Source: Octopus sinensis (taxonomy: Eukaryota). Taken from it: 21,264 nucleotides of DNA. The notes below the pieces were generated by a model. That model saw only the letters and a list, made by a program, of their open reading frames with translations. It was not told the DNA's origin and did not search any database. This document shows positions 10,000 through 20,432 of the stretch, piece by piece; position 1 is the stretch's first letter; the number at the start of each line of letters is the position of its first letter. The translations under genes were made by a program, and so were the position numbers. The stretch covers positions 1-21,264 of the forward strand of contig NW_021823858.1 in the NCBI RefSeq assembly GCF_006345805.1, written 5' to 3'.

Positions 10000-11100
10000 A
10001 CAACAACAACAACTAGCAGCAACATCAACAACAACAACAACAACAACAACATTTGAAATAATACGTTGTAATCTGATATATGTCAATAAATAAATAATGA
10101 AGAAGTGAAAAAGACAACGTTGCTTCCCCACATCCTTCCCCCCTCGCTCTCCTCCTACACCCCATCATCATCATCATCACCATCATCTTCATTAATAACG
10201 TCTTCATCCTCATCTGCTTTGCTCCTGCCTTCCCCACCTCATTATTTACCTTTTCTCTCACCTGCCACACCTCACGATCATCAGGATCATCATCATCATC
10301 TTCATCTTTTGTCTCCTCATCATCTCCATCATCATCATCATCATCTTCATCTTTTGTCTCCTCATCATCTCCATCATCATCATCATCATCTTCTTACCCA
10401 GTCATCTCGTCCCCCATCAACCACCCCCACCACCACCACATCTTCATCAATGTCCATCCTCATTCTCCTCCTCCTCCTCATCATCTTCTCCCCCTCCTCC
10501 TCTGCCTTGCCGGTGAAAAATCAGTTAAAAAGTACAGATGAAATATGATTGTGAACTCTCCTCCCCTTCAGCCTCATCTTCCTAACTTCCTCCTCTTCCT
10601 CTTCTTCTTCTTCTTGCTTTCTATCTTTTTCTTCTTGTGATTCTTTTTTTCTTTTCTTTTCTTTATTTTTTTTTTATTTTTACCTTTTTTCATTAAATAG
10701 GAGAAAAATAGATTAAAATTAAATATTGTGTTAAACGCAAAAAAAAAACACATTGGAATGTCAAGATTAAAATACAAAGATAAACAGATTAATAAATATA
10801 TTAATAATAATGATAGCAGCAATAACGACTATGACGATGATGATGATGATGATGATGGCAATGAGGATGATGATGATGATGATGATAAGAATGGTAATAT
10901 TGCTATCTGATGCAAAAATAAGAAGATTTGTAAATTGAATTTTCTCAAGGAAATGTATACAGAAACTACAAACTGGTTGCTTCTGTTGTTGTTGTTGCTG
11001 TTGTTATTGTTCTTGATGTTGTTGGTAGTGGTGGCGGCAGTCGTTGTTGCTGTTGTTGTTGTCATGGTGTTGCTGCTGTTGCTGTTATTGTTGATTAGCC
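10000..11100. repeat. Low-complexity trinucleotide region ((CAA)n, (CAT)n, (CTC/CTT)n, (GAT)n, (GTT)n) with a ~42-45 bp tandem duplication near 10290-10395
   Basis: Direct reading; explains the poly-His/Ser/Leu ORFs. Confidence 0.9.
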
Positions 11101-11214
11101 ATTGGTTGGCTGTGGTTGATTGGATGAAATGTTTTTGCTGCTATTTCTAGCAGGTCAGGTGACCACATATGGCGCTTTTGTTGTCAACTTGATCGGCATT
11201 GGTTATTGTTGTTG

Positions 11215-11380
11215 TTGTTGTTGTTGTAGTCCAGTCACAGGTTTGCTTTAATCAAGAAGACCTATGATCAGAATGCTTTGTGAGCGAGTCCAACTGTGAC
11301 CATCTTATCCTTCCTTTTTATATGACAGTTCAGAGTAATTTGAGACAGATTTGGTTGCCATTTCTAGCAGGTTAGACTCA
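11215..11380. mobile_element. Family F fragment with (GTT)n end
   Basis: caggtttgctttaatcaagaagacctatgatcag...tgtgaccatc...tttggttgccatttctagcagg. Confidence 0.6.
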
Positions 11381-11509
11381 AGCCAGTTGACCAATTGGGA
11401 GAAACATTCCAACCATGTCCATCCTGTCTTTCTACTATCCAGTTTTACAATATGACGAGCAATACGCACCCCGTCCAATTGACGATGCTGAGTTGTCAAA
11501 CATTTAAAC

Positions 11510-11569
11510 CAAATTTTCTCAAAACAACTTGTCCGACCGTCCCATAGGCCTCCCCTTTGAGAAACACTG
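11510..11569. mobile_element. 60-bp hAT/Charlie-like mini-MITE
   Basis: TIRs caaattttctcaaa / cagtgtttctcaaa (11/14); 8-bp flanks atttaaac (11502-11509) and atttaatc (11570-11577), 7/8 identical. Confidence 0.6.
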
Positions 11570-11759
11570 ATTTAATCTAAATTTGAGACACCAGCAAAAG
11601 AAGAAATAAAGATAGACTTTTTTTTACTATTCCAAAGAAAAACGATTTTATTCACACAAATATGCAACTGAAGAGTTTAAAGTACCAGTAATGGATAAGG
11701 CTGTTGAGTGGGAGAACACAAATATGGTTTAAACAGTAAGCTTGGCAGGAAAGAAATGG

Positions 11760-11990
11760 GCCTTTAAGCAGTACAAAAATAAACAAAAATGTCAGTTTTT
11801 AAATGGTGTTGATCTGCTACTCAGAGAATGTAGTGAGCCCGGTGGAATTGGAAACCTGCTACATCTTGCAGTGGCTGTGACCTCACTCTTCTCATTTGTG
11901 ACACAGTCCCTACAATTAACACTCCAAAATCTTTCTGAAGCATCTTTGATGTAATATATCTAGTTTTTCATCCATCCTTACTGCGCTTGT
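11760..11990 (-). pseudogene. Decayed RTE-type reverse transcriptase C-terminal fragment
   Basis: Minus strand with one frameshift gives DEKLDILHQRCFRKIL / VNCRDCVTNEK, matching the RTE LDxFHQRCLRRILxVxWxDxVTNE pattern; frameshifted and decayed. Confidence 0.6.
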
Positions 11991-12058
11991 TGAAGTCTCA
12001 ATGGCACACACCCAGGCTTACATAGTTCAATATGCTTTTGATAAAAGATAGCAGAGAT

Positions 12059-12221
12059 AGGCGCAGGAGTGGCTGTGTGGTAAGTAGCTTGCTTACCAAC
12101 CACATGGTTTCGGGTTCAGTCCCACTGCGTGGCACCTTGGGCAAGTGTCTTCTACTATAGCCTTGGGCCGACCAATGCCTTGTGAGTGGATTTGGTAGAC
12201 AGAAACTGAAAGAAGCCTGTC

Positions 12222-12261
<40 letters not shown>

Positions 12262-12498
12262 TATGTATGTATGTATGTGTGTGTATGTTTGTGTGTCTGT
12301 GTTTGTCCCTCTAGCATTGCTTGACAACCGATGCTGGTGTGTTTACGTCCCTGTCACTTAGCGGTTCGGCAAAAGAGACTGATAGAATAAGTACTGGGCT
12401 TACAAAGAATAAGTCCCGGGGTCAATTTGCTCGACTAAAGGCGGTGCTCCAGCATGGCCGCAGTCAAATGACTGAAACAAATAAAAGAGTAAAAGAGT
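12059..12498 (+). mobile_element. SINE family A (full length)
   Basis: Complete head aggcgcaggagtggc through tail aaaagagtaaaagag. Confidence 0.93.
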
Positions 12499-12862
12499 AT
12501 GTGGTCTGTTGAAGATTTGGCTGATGTTTCTAGCATTTCAAGCAACCATGCTGAAGCTCTTTCATCATTGCCCAACAACTAAATGGAGTGAACTGCGTTA
12601 ATATTTAATGTATTACACTTCAGAATTATGCATAGCATAAAAAAAAGAAAAGAAAAATAGAAAAAATATACATGTGAATTTCAATTTATATCATACATAA
12701 GCTTCTGTTCTAACGAAACATCCTCCATTCACTTAATTTTCCTGTTCCCAGCAGAAAAAATAAAAAATCCCCAAAACACACAGGAAAAGAAACAATGAAA
12801 TAAAAAAAAAATTTGAGTCAAAGTGTATGATTCTTAATATTATACAGTAAATAATAATAACA

Positions 12863-12897
<35 letters not shown>

Positions 12898-13300
12898 TGA
12901 TGATGATGAAGTATTTGGCCAGAGACTCCACCAAATATATTTATTGGATGGATGTTTACTCATCTACACAAATAACAACCACTTGGTGTATCCCTATGAA
13001 TTTGTTGTTTTTACTTTGTTTCCTGATAAGAGAAATAGGAGAGAAAGAGGATAGGAAAAAAATAAATGGGTGCTTCATCCTTCATGTATTTTATGAGATT
13101 GAGTTGCTTATGTATTTAAAGAAAGATGGCAGCAGCAGCAACAACAACAGCAAAAAGGGAAATGACAAGAAAAAGGGGAACACAGAAATGAGAAATCTTT
13201 ATGTTAAGAAGCAAAACAACCAGAAACCCAAGATGCTGTTGATTATTTGTCCTGACATTTCTCTCATTGTGTGTGAGTTCCCAGCAGCATAAATGAAGAC

Positions 13301-13659
13301 AAAAAGGACCAACCGATCGTGGCTGTTGCCAGCCTCCCCTGGCACCTGTGCTGGTGGCACGTAAAAGGCACCATCCGTACGTGGTCGATGCCAGCACCAC
13401 CTTGACTGGCTTCTGCGCCGGTGGCACGTAAAAAGCACCAATCGATTGTGGACATTGCCAGCCTCCCCTGGCACTTGTGCCGGTGGCACGTAAAAAGCAC
13501 CTACTACACTCATGGAGTGGTTGGCGTTAGGAAGGGCATCCAGCTGTAGAAACTCTGCCAGATCAAGACTGGAGCCTGGTGCAGCCTCCTGGCTTCCCAG
13601 GCCCCAGTCGAACTGTCCAACCCATGCTAGCATGGAAAACGGATGTTAAACGATTATGA

Positions 13660-13663
<4 letters not shown>
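13301..13663 (+). mobile_element. 5'-truncated family B retroposon
   Basis: Three ~62-68 nt units ending gtggcacgtaaaa(a/g)gcacc, then ggcgttaggaagggcatccagctgtagaaa, ccatgctagcatgg and a (GAT)n tail. Confidence 0.88.
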
Positions 13664-13698
<35 letters not shown>

Positions 13699-13980
13699 TA
13701 TGCATGCATGCATACATATATATATGTTTTTAGGAACTATGAATCTTGAAGCAAGTAAAGCTATAAATATTAGCATGTAAATATTAGGTTTAAAACCCTT
13801 TTAGAAAAAAAAAGGAAATACCTAAAGGTATGACAGATGTTCTACCAGTGGACCAAAGCAATCCTTTGAGTTTCTCTATCCATTTTAGACATTTTATTCT
13901 CATTAGTAAGAGTTTTATTTAGCGGGTTTGAGTCCCACAGGCAGCCTTTAACTTTCCAAAAGTTTTTTAAACTAATATTT

Positions 13981-14580
13981 AAAATAAAATAATAATGAAA
14001 TTATTGTTTACAGTTCTCAGGTGCACCACAACTTGTCAGAGTATATGCAGTAATGTACAAATGTCTGGAAAGCGAACAATGCATGAGTCAGATACATGCT
14101 TGTGTGTGTATGGAGGGGAGAAAGATCAGGTGTAGTGTTAGCGAATCTCAGGAAGCATGGAAATTTTGAAGGATGCAGTGCTCCAACAACTAAAAACTGA
14201 TGCCGGCAGTTTGTTCCATGCTTCAGCACCTCTCAGCGTGAAAAAATGTTTCCTGAAGTCTGTTTCCTGTGCTGTTTTCTGACTTTGTAAATATGTCCAC
14301 AGGTGTTAGACAGGTGAAGTTTGAAAAGGTGCTCAGAGTTATTGTTTGTAAGATGGTTGATAATTTTATGGGTGTCTGCCAAGTCAGCTGCCAGACGTCG
14401 GAGTTTCGATGTGTCCATCCCCAGGGTATTCTGGAGGGTATTCTTTTGGTTGCACGTCCACTATTAATTGAAGCATTATATACTTCGAGATTGCTGTGAT
14501 ACAATGAAGGTCACAATGAATTCCTGCAAATTGTTCTGGCTTTTCAAATGATGCCATGATGGGCTTTCTCATGGTCCCAA
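13981..14580 (-). mobile_element. CR1-clade LINE 3' fragment (frameshifted RT C-terminus + 3' UTR)
   Basis: Across frames: RATKRIP, LRRLAADL..THKII, NTCGHIYKVRK, FRKHFFTLRGAEAWNKLPASV..FK; 3' UTR ends in an (ATT)-rich tail. Confidence 0.85.
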
Positions 14581-14725
14581 TCTATCAAATTCCCTCACAG
14601 GACGTTGGTCAGTCCAGGGCTGTAGTGAAATAGTGAAAGATGCTTTCCCTAGGTGGCATGCAGTAGGATTGATCTGGAAACCACTTGTTTACTAAGTAAA
14701 CTTCTTAACAATACAACCATGCCTG
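14581..14725 (-). mobile_element. Old family A-related SINE head
   Basis: Minus strand gcaggcatggttgtattgttaagaag...ccacctagggaaagc...gtcctgtgagggaatttgataga. Confidence 0.65.
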
Positions 14726-14777
14726 CACTTACATCAATATATGTATGCATATATGCATATATATATGCATATGTATA

Positions 14778-14821
<44 letters not shown>

Positions 14822-15115
14822 GACAGTGACAGACCTGTGGAACGATATGCATAACTTGTGTTCATATGACTGAATATGAGTTATATATACCTATGTGTGT
14901 GTGTGTGTGTATATATATATATACACACACACACACACTCATTTATATATAAACATACACACACACATATATATATATACACACCCCACCACACAATTAC
15001 TCAAGCAAATATTCTGAAACAAATTCATACACAGTTGTACACTTCAAGTTTCAATTAGTACATCTGTGTGTGTATATTTATATGTTGCATGTAATATATG
15101 CGTGTATGTTTTTCT

Positions 15116-15150
<35 letters not shown>

Positions 15151-15704
15151 TTAACATTTAATGATTAAAGAGAAGATTCAAAGTCGTATTATAGAGTAAA
15201 AGTGGATTTTCTTTCGCTTTATGAAAAAAAAAAAAAACGAACCAAAAAAAGGTAAAACAAAACAAAAACAAACCCATAATGACAAAATAATAATCTTGCC
15301 TAACTCGGCCTTTCTTCTTCTTCATAAGTGGTTATTTTCTCAGAGCTGAAACCACAATGATGACAATGATAATGCAGCTGATGATGATAGTTATGATGAT
15401 TATAACGATGTTGTTGATGATTATGATAGACAGTGGTGATGATGATGATGATGACAACGATGATAATGATTTAATGATGAAAAGTATCTGTTTTGCATGT
15501 AAAGAGACCAGTTATATTTTCAATTTATACTCTATATTCATGAGAAAACAGTCTCAAGTGATGGAATATAAGTGTTACTTTGCATTTTTTGTAAATTTTC
15601 TTTCCTTTTCATTTTGTGGCTGTTAGTTTTTCGTTTCTTATTTTGGAGGGCGAGGGTCAGATAAAGTGGGGGGAGAGAATAAAAGATGATATATAGGCAT
15701 GTCA

Positions 15705-15735
<31 letters not shown>

Positions 15736-15896
15736 CACAGGTATGGCTCTATGGCTAAGAAGCTCACTTTACAACCATGCAGTTTTGGGTTCAGTCCCCA
15801 TGACATGACACCACAGGAAAGTGCTTTTTACCATATAGCCCCAGGCTGACCAAAAACCTTGTGAGTGAATTTGATAGACAGAAAACATATGGAAAA

Positions 15897-16126
15897 TAAG
15901 CGATCTAGCAGAAATTTTAGCACACTAGGCGGAATGCTTAGCGGTATTTCGTATGTTTTTACGTTCTGAGTTCAAATTCCGCTGAGGTCGATTTGCCTTT
16001 AATCCTTTCGGGGTCGATTAAATAAGTACCAGTTATGCACTGGGATCAATGTCATCAACTTATTCCCTTTGTCTGTCCTTGTTTGTCCCCTCTGTGTTCA
16101 GCCCCTTGTGGGCAATAAAGAAATAA
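15897..16126 (+). mobile_element. tRNA-derived SINE family C, copy 1
   Basis: A-box-like tagcagaaattttagcac, B box gagttcaaattcc; collinear with 16381-16617. Confidence 0.88.
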
Positions 16127-16380
16127 GAAACTGAAATAGGCCTGTCTTTCATATATGTATACACACACACACACACACACAAATATATTATATGTATGTG
16201 TATGCATGTTTTACTGTCTCCTGGCCTTCACATTGAATGGTAGTTGAATATGAGCATCATTATCATGCAGGCAGTGTCCTTCATTCCCAATATTCAGTGA
16301 AAAGCATGTCTTGCCATGGGGAAAAGTTACCTTATTGGGAAACAGGTGAGAGTTGGCAGCAGGAATGGTATTTGGTTGTA

Positions 16381-16617
16381 TTTAAGGCAGCGTGCTGGCA
16401 GAAACGTTAGCACGCCGGGCGAAATGCGTAGCCGTATTTCGTCTGTCGTTACGTTGTGAGTTCAAATTCCGCCGTGGTCGACTTTGCCTTTCATCCTTTC
16501 GCGGTCGATAAATTAAGTACCAGTTACACACTGGGGTCGATGTAATCGACTTAATACCAATGTCTGTCCTTGTTTGTTCCCCCTATGTTTAGCCCCTTGT
16601 GGGTAATAAAGAAATAC
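16381..16617 (+). mobile_element. tRNA-derived SINE family C, copy 2, with 13-bp TSD
   Basis: gtatttggttgta at 16368-16380 and 16618-16630. Confidence 0.92.
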
Positions 16618-17384
16618 GTATTTGGTTGTAGAAAATCTGTTTCAACAAATTCCATCCAACCCATGCAAGCGTGGAAAAGCGGACATGAAAAGGACGTTGA
16701 ATAGTAAAAGGTGCTACCAGGTTTGGAACCACAGACTTTTTGGTTGCTAATTCATCGCCCTATGGAATTGTTCAACTGTGGCTTGACTTAAATATTAGCT
16801 AACAAAGCAGGATAAAACAAGAATTGACAGGCTCACTGATACATATATAAGTATGTATGTTTGTAAATATATGTATGTCTATGTATGTCTATGTATGTCT
16901 ATGTATGTATTTATGTCTATGTATGTATTTATGTCTGTACATATAAGATTGCATTAATGTCGAAATAACAAGAAATCAATAACAGAGCCAGCGGCATCGA
17001 AAACACACAAGGTTTGATAGTTAGCCAAGCATCGGAATGTATATATCAAACGTTGTTTGAACAGTTGCTTTCCCCTCCGGGGTCCTAAACAGAAGAGAGA
17101 TTAGAGAAATATCTGTCTCAGAGGATAGAAAGACAATGTTTGTTTACGACACATTAATTTGGCAACTGTAAACAGATGAAGGAAATATTCCTTGGTCAAT
17201 GACAGTGATTCAGTGATTTTGATTTTTGTTATTTTCTCTCTTTTTGTTTGTTTATTTTTTTGCCTTGTTTTGACTTATAAGCTCCACTGCTCAACACGTT
17301 ATCAACCCCTGAGTAATTGCTCCGCTGTACTTCTCTCCTTTGTCTCTTTGTGCTCTTATTATTGTTGCTGTTGTGCTTGTTTAA

Positions 17385-17625
17385 TTCCAGATCAGTCATG
17401 ATCAAGCAAAATTTACGTTCAAAGATCTATAGGCTCTGACTTCCTGTCTTCCTCTATTTAAAAAAAAAAGACAAAACAAAAGTACAGAGTGTATCTTGGA
17501 TTATATCATCAAATGTTTTCTTTCTTTCCTTTCCTTTTCTTTTGTTAAAACGGCACAGCCTGAATTAAAACAGTACAAATTTGGCTGCTGTTTCTAGTTG
17601 GACAGGTAGCCATGTAGATGAACTT
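17385..17625. mobile_element. Family F fragment
   Basis: ccagatcagtcatgatcaagca...ttcaaagat...tttggctgctgtttctag. Confidence 0.5.
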
Positions 17626-17814
17626 GTTGACCAGTGTGTGTATGTGTCTGTAAACACACACATATACATATATATATATATATAGTTAAGTAGATGGATA
17701 CACATTCACATCACACATATACATAAATTCATATACACACACACATATAAATATATTATATATATATGTACACATATATACTTATATCAGAAGCTATCCC
17801 CATGCTATGTATGT

Positions 17815-18004
17815 ATCATGTCTGTATGTATGTGTATAAGATATATATATGTATGTATGTATGTATGTTGTATGTATGTATGTATGTATGTAGTATGTAT
17901 GTATGTATGTATGTAGTATGGTATGTATGTTATGTATGTAGTATGTATGTATGTATGTATGTATGTATGTTGTATGTATGTATGTATGTATGTATGTATG
18001 TATG

Positions 18005-18035
<31 letters not shown>

Positions 18036-18052
18036 TGTATGTATGTATGTAT
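17815..18052. repeat. (TATG)n tetranucleotide microsatellite
   Basis: Direct reading. Confidence 0.95.
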
Positions 18053-18230
18053 ATCTTATGCACCATTAATCCAGACAAGATTTGTTCTCTTTCTGTTTTC
18101 TTTCCACCTTCCTTTTTTGTTGTCAAAGACTTTTCCATTTTACCTGAGTGTCAGACTAATACACCTTGTTTATTGTTTCCTCACCTGTCTTTGTCTTTTG
18201 TATTTTGCACATTTGAACCATATGTATGTA

Positions 18231-18643
18231 TACTCTTTTACTCTTTTACTTGTTTCAGTCATTTGACTGCGGCCATGCTGGAGCACCGCCTTTAGTCGAG
18301 CAAATCGACCCCGGGACTTATTCTTTTGTAAGCCCAGTACTTATTCTATCGGTCTCTTTTGCCGAACCGCTAAGTGACGGGGACGTAAACACACCATCAT
18401 CAGTTGTCAAGCAATTCTAGGGGGACAAACACAGACACACAAACATATACACACACATACATATATATATACATATATATGACAGGCTTCTTTCAGTTTC
18501 CGTCTACCAAATCCGCTCACAAGGCATTGGTCGGCCCGGGGCTATAGCAGAAGACACTTGCCCAAGTTGCTATGCATTGGGACTGAACCCGGAACCATGT
18601 GGTTGGTTAGCAAGCTACTTACCACACAGCCACTCCTGCGCCT
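18231..18643 (-). mobile_element. SINE family A (full length)
   Basis: Reverse complement of a complete A copy. Confidence 0.93.
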
Positions 18644-18735
18644 GTATGTATATATATATATATATATATAAATGAACAGAATGAGATAAAAAATCCAAAG
18701 CTGTAAGTAGTTTTCAGAACATTTATAAAGAGAAA

Positions 18736-18783
18736 GTCTTACAGTTATTTCCGGGATATTTTATATATCCCTTCATGAGAGAC
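18736..18783 (-). ncRNA. Hammerhead motif, mutated core (likely inactive)
   Basis: gtct-CUCAUGA-A-[GGGAUAU-auaaa-AUAUCCC]-G-GAAAU-aacu-GUA-agac; stems I and II perfect, core positions mutated. Confidence 0.55.
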
Positions 18784-18827
18784 GGTGCGATAAAACGTTT
18801 AAGTAATAGTTAACATTTTCTCGCACT

Positions 18828-18875
18828 ATCTCTGATGAAAGGGTGTATAAGATATCCTGGAAACAGCTGTAAGAC
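18828..18875 (+). ncRNA. Minimal type I hammerhead ribozyme motif (intact core)
   Basis: (a)tct-CUGAUGA-A-[AGGGUGU-auaag-AUAUCCU]-G-GAAAC-agcu-GUA-agac; palindromic stem III ACAGCUGU; predicted cleavage after 18871. Confidence 0.65.
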
Positions 18876-19552
18876 CTTCTCTTTATAAATTTTCTGAAAA
18901 CTATTCACAGCCTTGGGTTTTTTATCTCATTCTGTTAATTTTTATACAGAATTTTTATGACCTACATTGGACTCCTCATTCATATAATCACCGAACCTGG
19001 AGCTTAACTATAGTCTGTCCATAGCACTTACTCAGCATTACCTGACACCTTTGGGTCTTCTTGACACCAGTACATCTCATACCCTCGATATATATATATA
19101 TATATACTAAGCAGATGTATACAAAGTATGATAATTACTAGTAATAGCGCCAGGCCAGCTGTTGGTGCTATGTAGAGGTTCACTGGATGTTTACAGGTAG
19201 AGATGTTTGCAGGTGGTGAATATAGGAAAATTCTGTCATACCTCTATGGAGACCGTTAGAGGAATGAAGGATAATTCAGCACTGCAACTTCAAACTCTTT
19301 GGATCATGTGTATGAGCACGAATCTGGTTGGTTATCTTCAGTTGGATCTACCATTGACCCACACACACACAAACACAAATATATATACACACACAGTAAA
19401 AAAGCAGCCAGTAAGCTATTGGCTTACTGGCTGCTATTTCTAGCAATATTTGTACTTCATGTACACCCACTTTATATATTTATAATTCTACCTTTTCTGG
19501 TGCTTTATTCTTGCTGTATAGTAATATTATTTTTAATAATATTTATATTTCT

Positions 19553-19598
<46 letters not shown>

Positions 19599-19619
19599 AC
19601 ACACACACATACATATATA

Positions 19620-20051
19620 CTCTCTTTACTCTTTTACTTGTTTCAGTCATTTGACTGTGGCCATGCGGAGCACCACCTTTAATCAAGCAACTCGACCCTG
19701 GACTTATTCTTTGTAAGCCCAGTACTTATTCTATCGGCCTCTTTTGCCGAACCACTAAGTAACGGGGACATAAACACACCAGCACGGTTGTGTAGCAATG
19801 CTAAGGGGACAAACACAGACACACACAACACACACATGCATTATATTATATATATATATATTATATATATATATATATATAATATATACTATATATGATG
19901 GCTTCTCTTCAGTTTCTGTCTACCAAATCCACTCACAATGCTTTGGTTGGCCCGAGGCTATAGTAGAAGACACTTGCCCAAGGTGCCACGCAGTGGGACT
20001 GAACCCACAACCATGTGGTTGGTAAACAAGCTACTTACCACACAGCCACTC
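19620..20051 (-). mobile_element. SINE family A (near full length)
   Basis: Reverse complement; lacks only the first few head bases. Confidence 0.92.
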
Positions 20052-20129
20052 TATATTAGATTCTATTAGGTAGTTAGCATGCAATCAACTGGTTAAGGTT
20101 AACTTAACCAATTTATAAATACACACCAT

Positions 20130-20405
20130 GGGCAAGCATGTACATATACAAGTCACCTACATGCTAGAAAAAGATGCCAATGTGTAAAAAATACTACCTC
20201 AAAATATCACCATAAAATATAAACAAGTGCTGTACTCATACAAATAAATAGAACAGATTGTAATTGAACCGTTTCATGAATCTGTTTTGTTTAGTTGCAC
20301 GAGTGTGGCACGTGTTTATATTTTATGGTGATATCTTGAGGTGGTTTTTAGACATTGGCATCTTTTTCTAGCATGTAGGCGACTTGTATATATACTTGCT
20401 TGCCC
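20130..20405. repeat. Long imperfect inverted repeat (foldback), ~130 bp arms, 19-nt spacer
   Basis: gggcaagcatgtacatatacaagtcacctacatgctagaaaaagatgccaatg...aacagatt (20130-20259) vs the reverse complement of 20279-20405. Confidence 0.9.
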
Positions 20406-20432
20406 TTGATATATATATATATATATATATAT

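Larger units (their letters stand above)
15734..16700 (+). mobile_element. Old composite SINE (A-type head + RTE-type 3' end) split by two family C insertions
   Basis: A-like head 15734-15885 resumes at 16127 (aactgaaataggcctgtc). The 3' part has a decayed ggcagcaggaatggtatttggttgtagaaa and ccatgcaagcgtggaaaagcggac like the B tail. Confidence 0.6.
18670..18942. mobile_element. Foldback of two ~130 bp arms, probably inverted Penelope-like terminal repeats
   Basis: 18670-18799 is the imperfect reverse complement of 18812-18942; each arm carries a hammerhead motif; the left arm abuts (TA)n. Confidence 0.7.

Noticed and set aside
13320-13500. GCCAGCCTCCCCTGGCAC in family B units resembles the P3/L3 region of HDV-like ribozymes, which occur at RTE 5' ends
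   Set aside because: I could not form P1, P1.1 or P2, and the J4/2 position (GTAAAAA) lacks the catalytic C. An RNArobo/Infernal HDV search would settle it.
13301-13500. Regularly spaced repeats resembling a CRISPR array
   Set aside because: Eukaryotic context, no cas genes, spacers are homologous to each other, and the array is internal to a retroposon.
19207-19360. Possible phase-0 exon after gatgtttgcag (VVNIGKFCHTSMETVRG...)
   Set aside because: Weak polypyrimidine tract, no convincing donor, no recognisable motif, and the frame runs into a (CA)n repeat.
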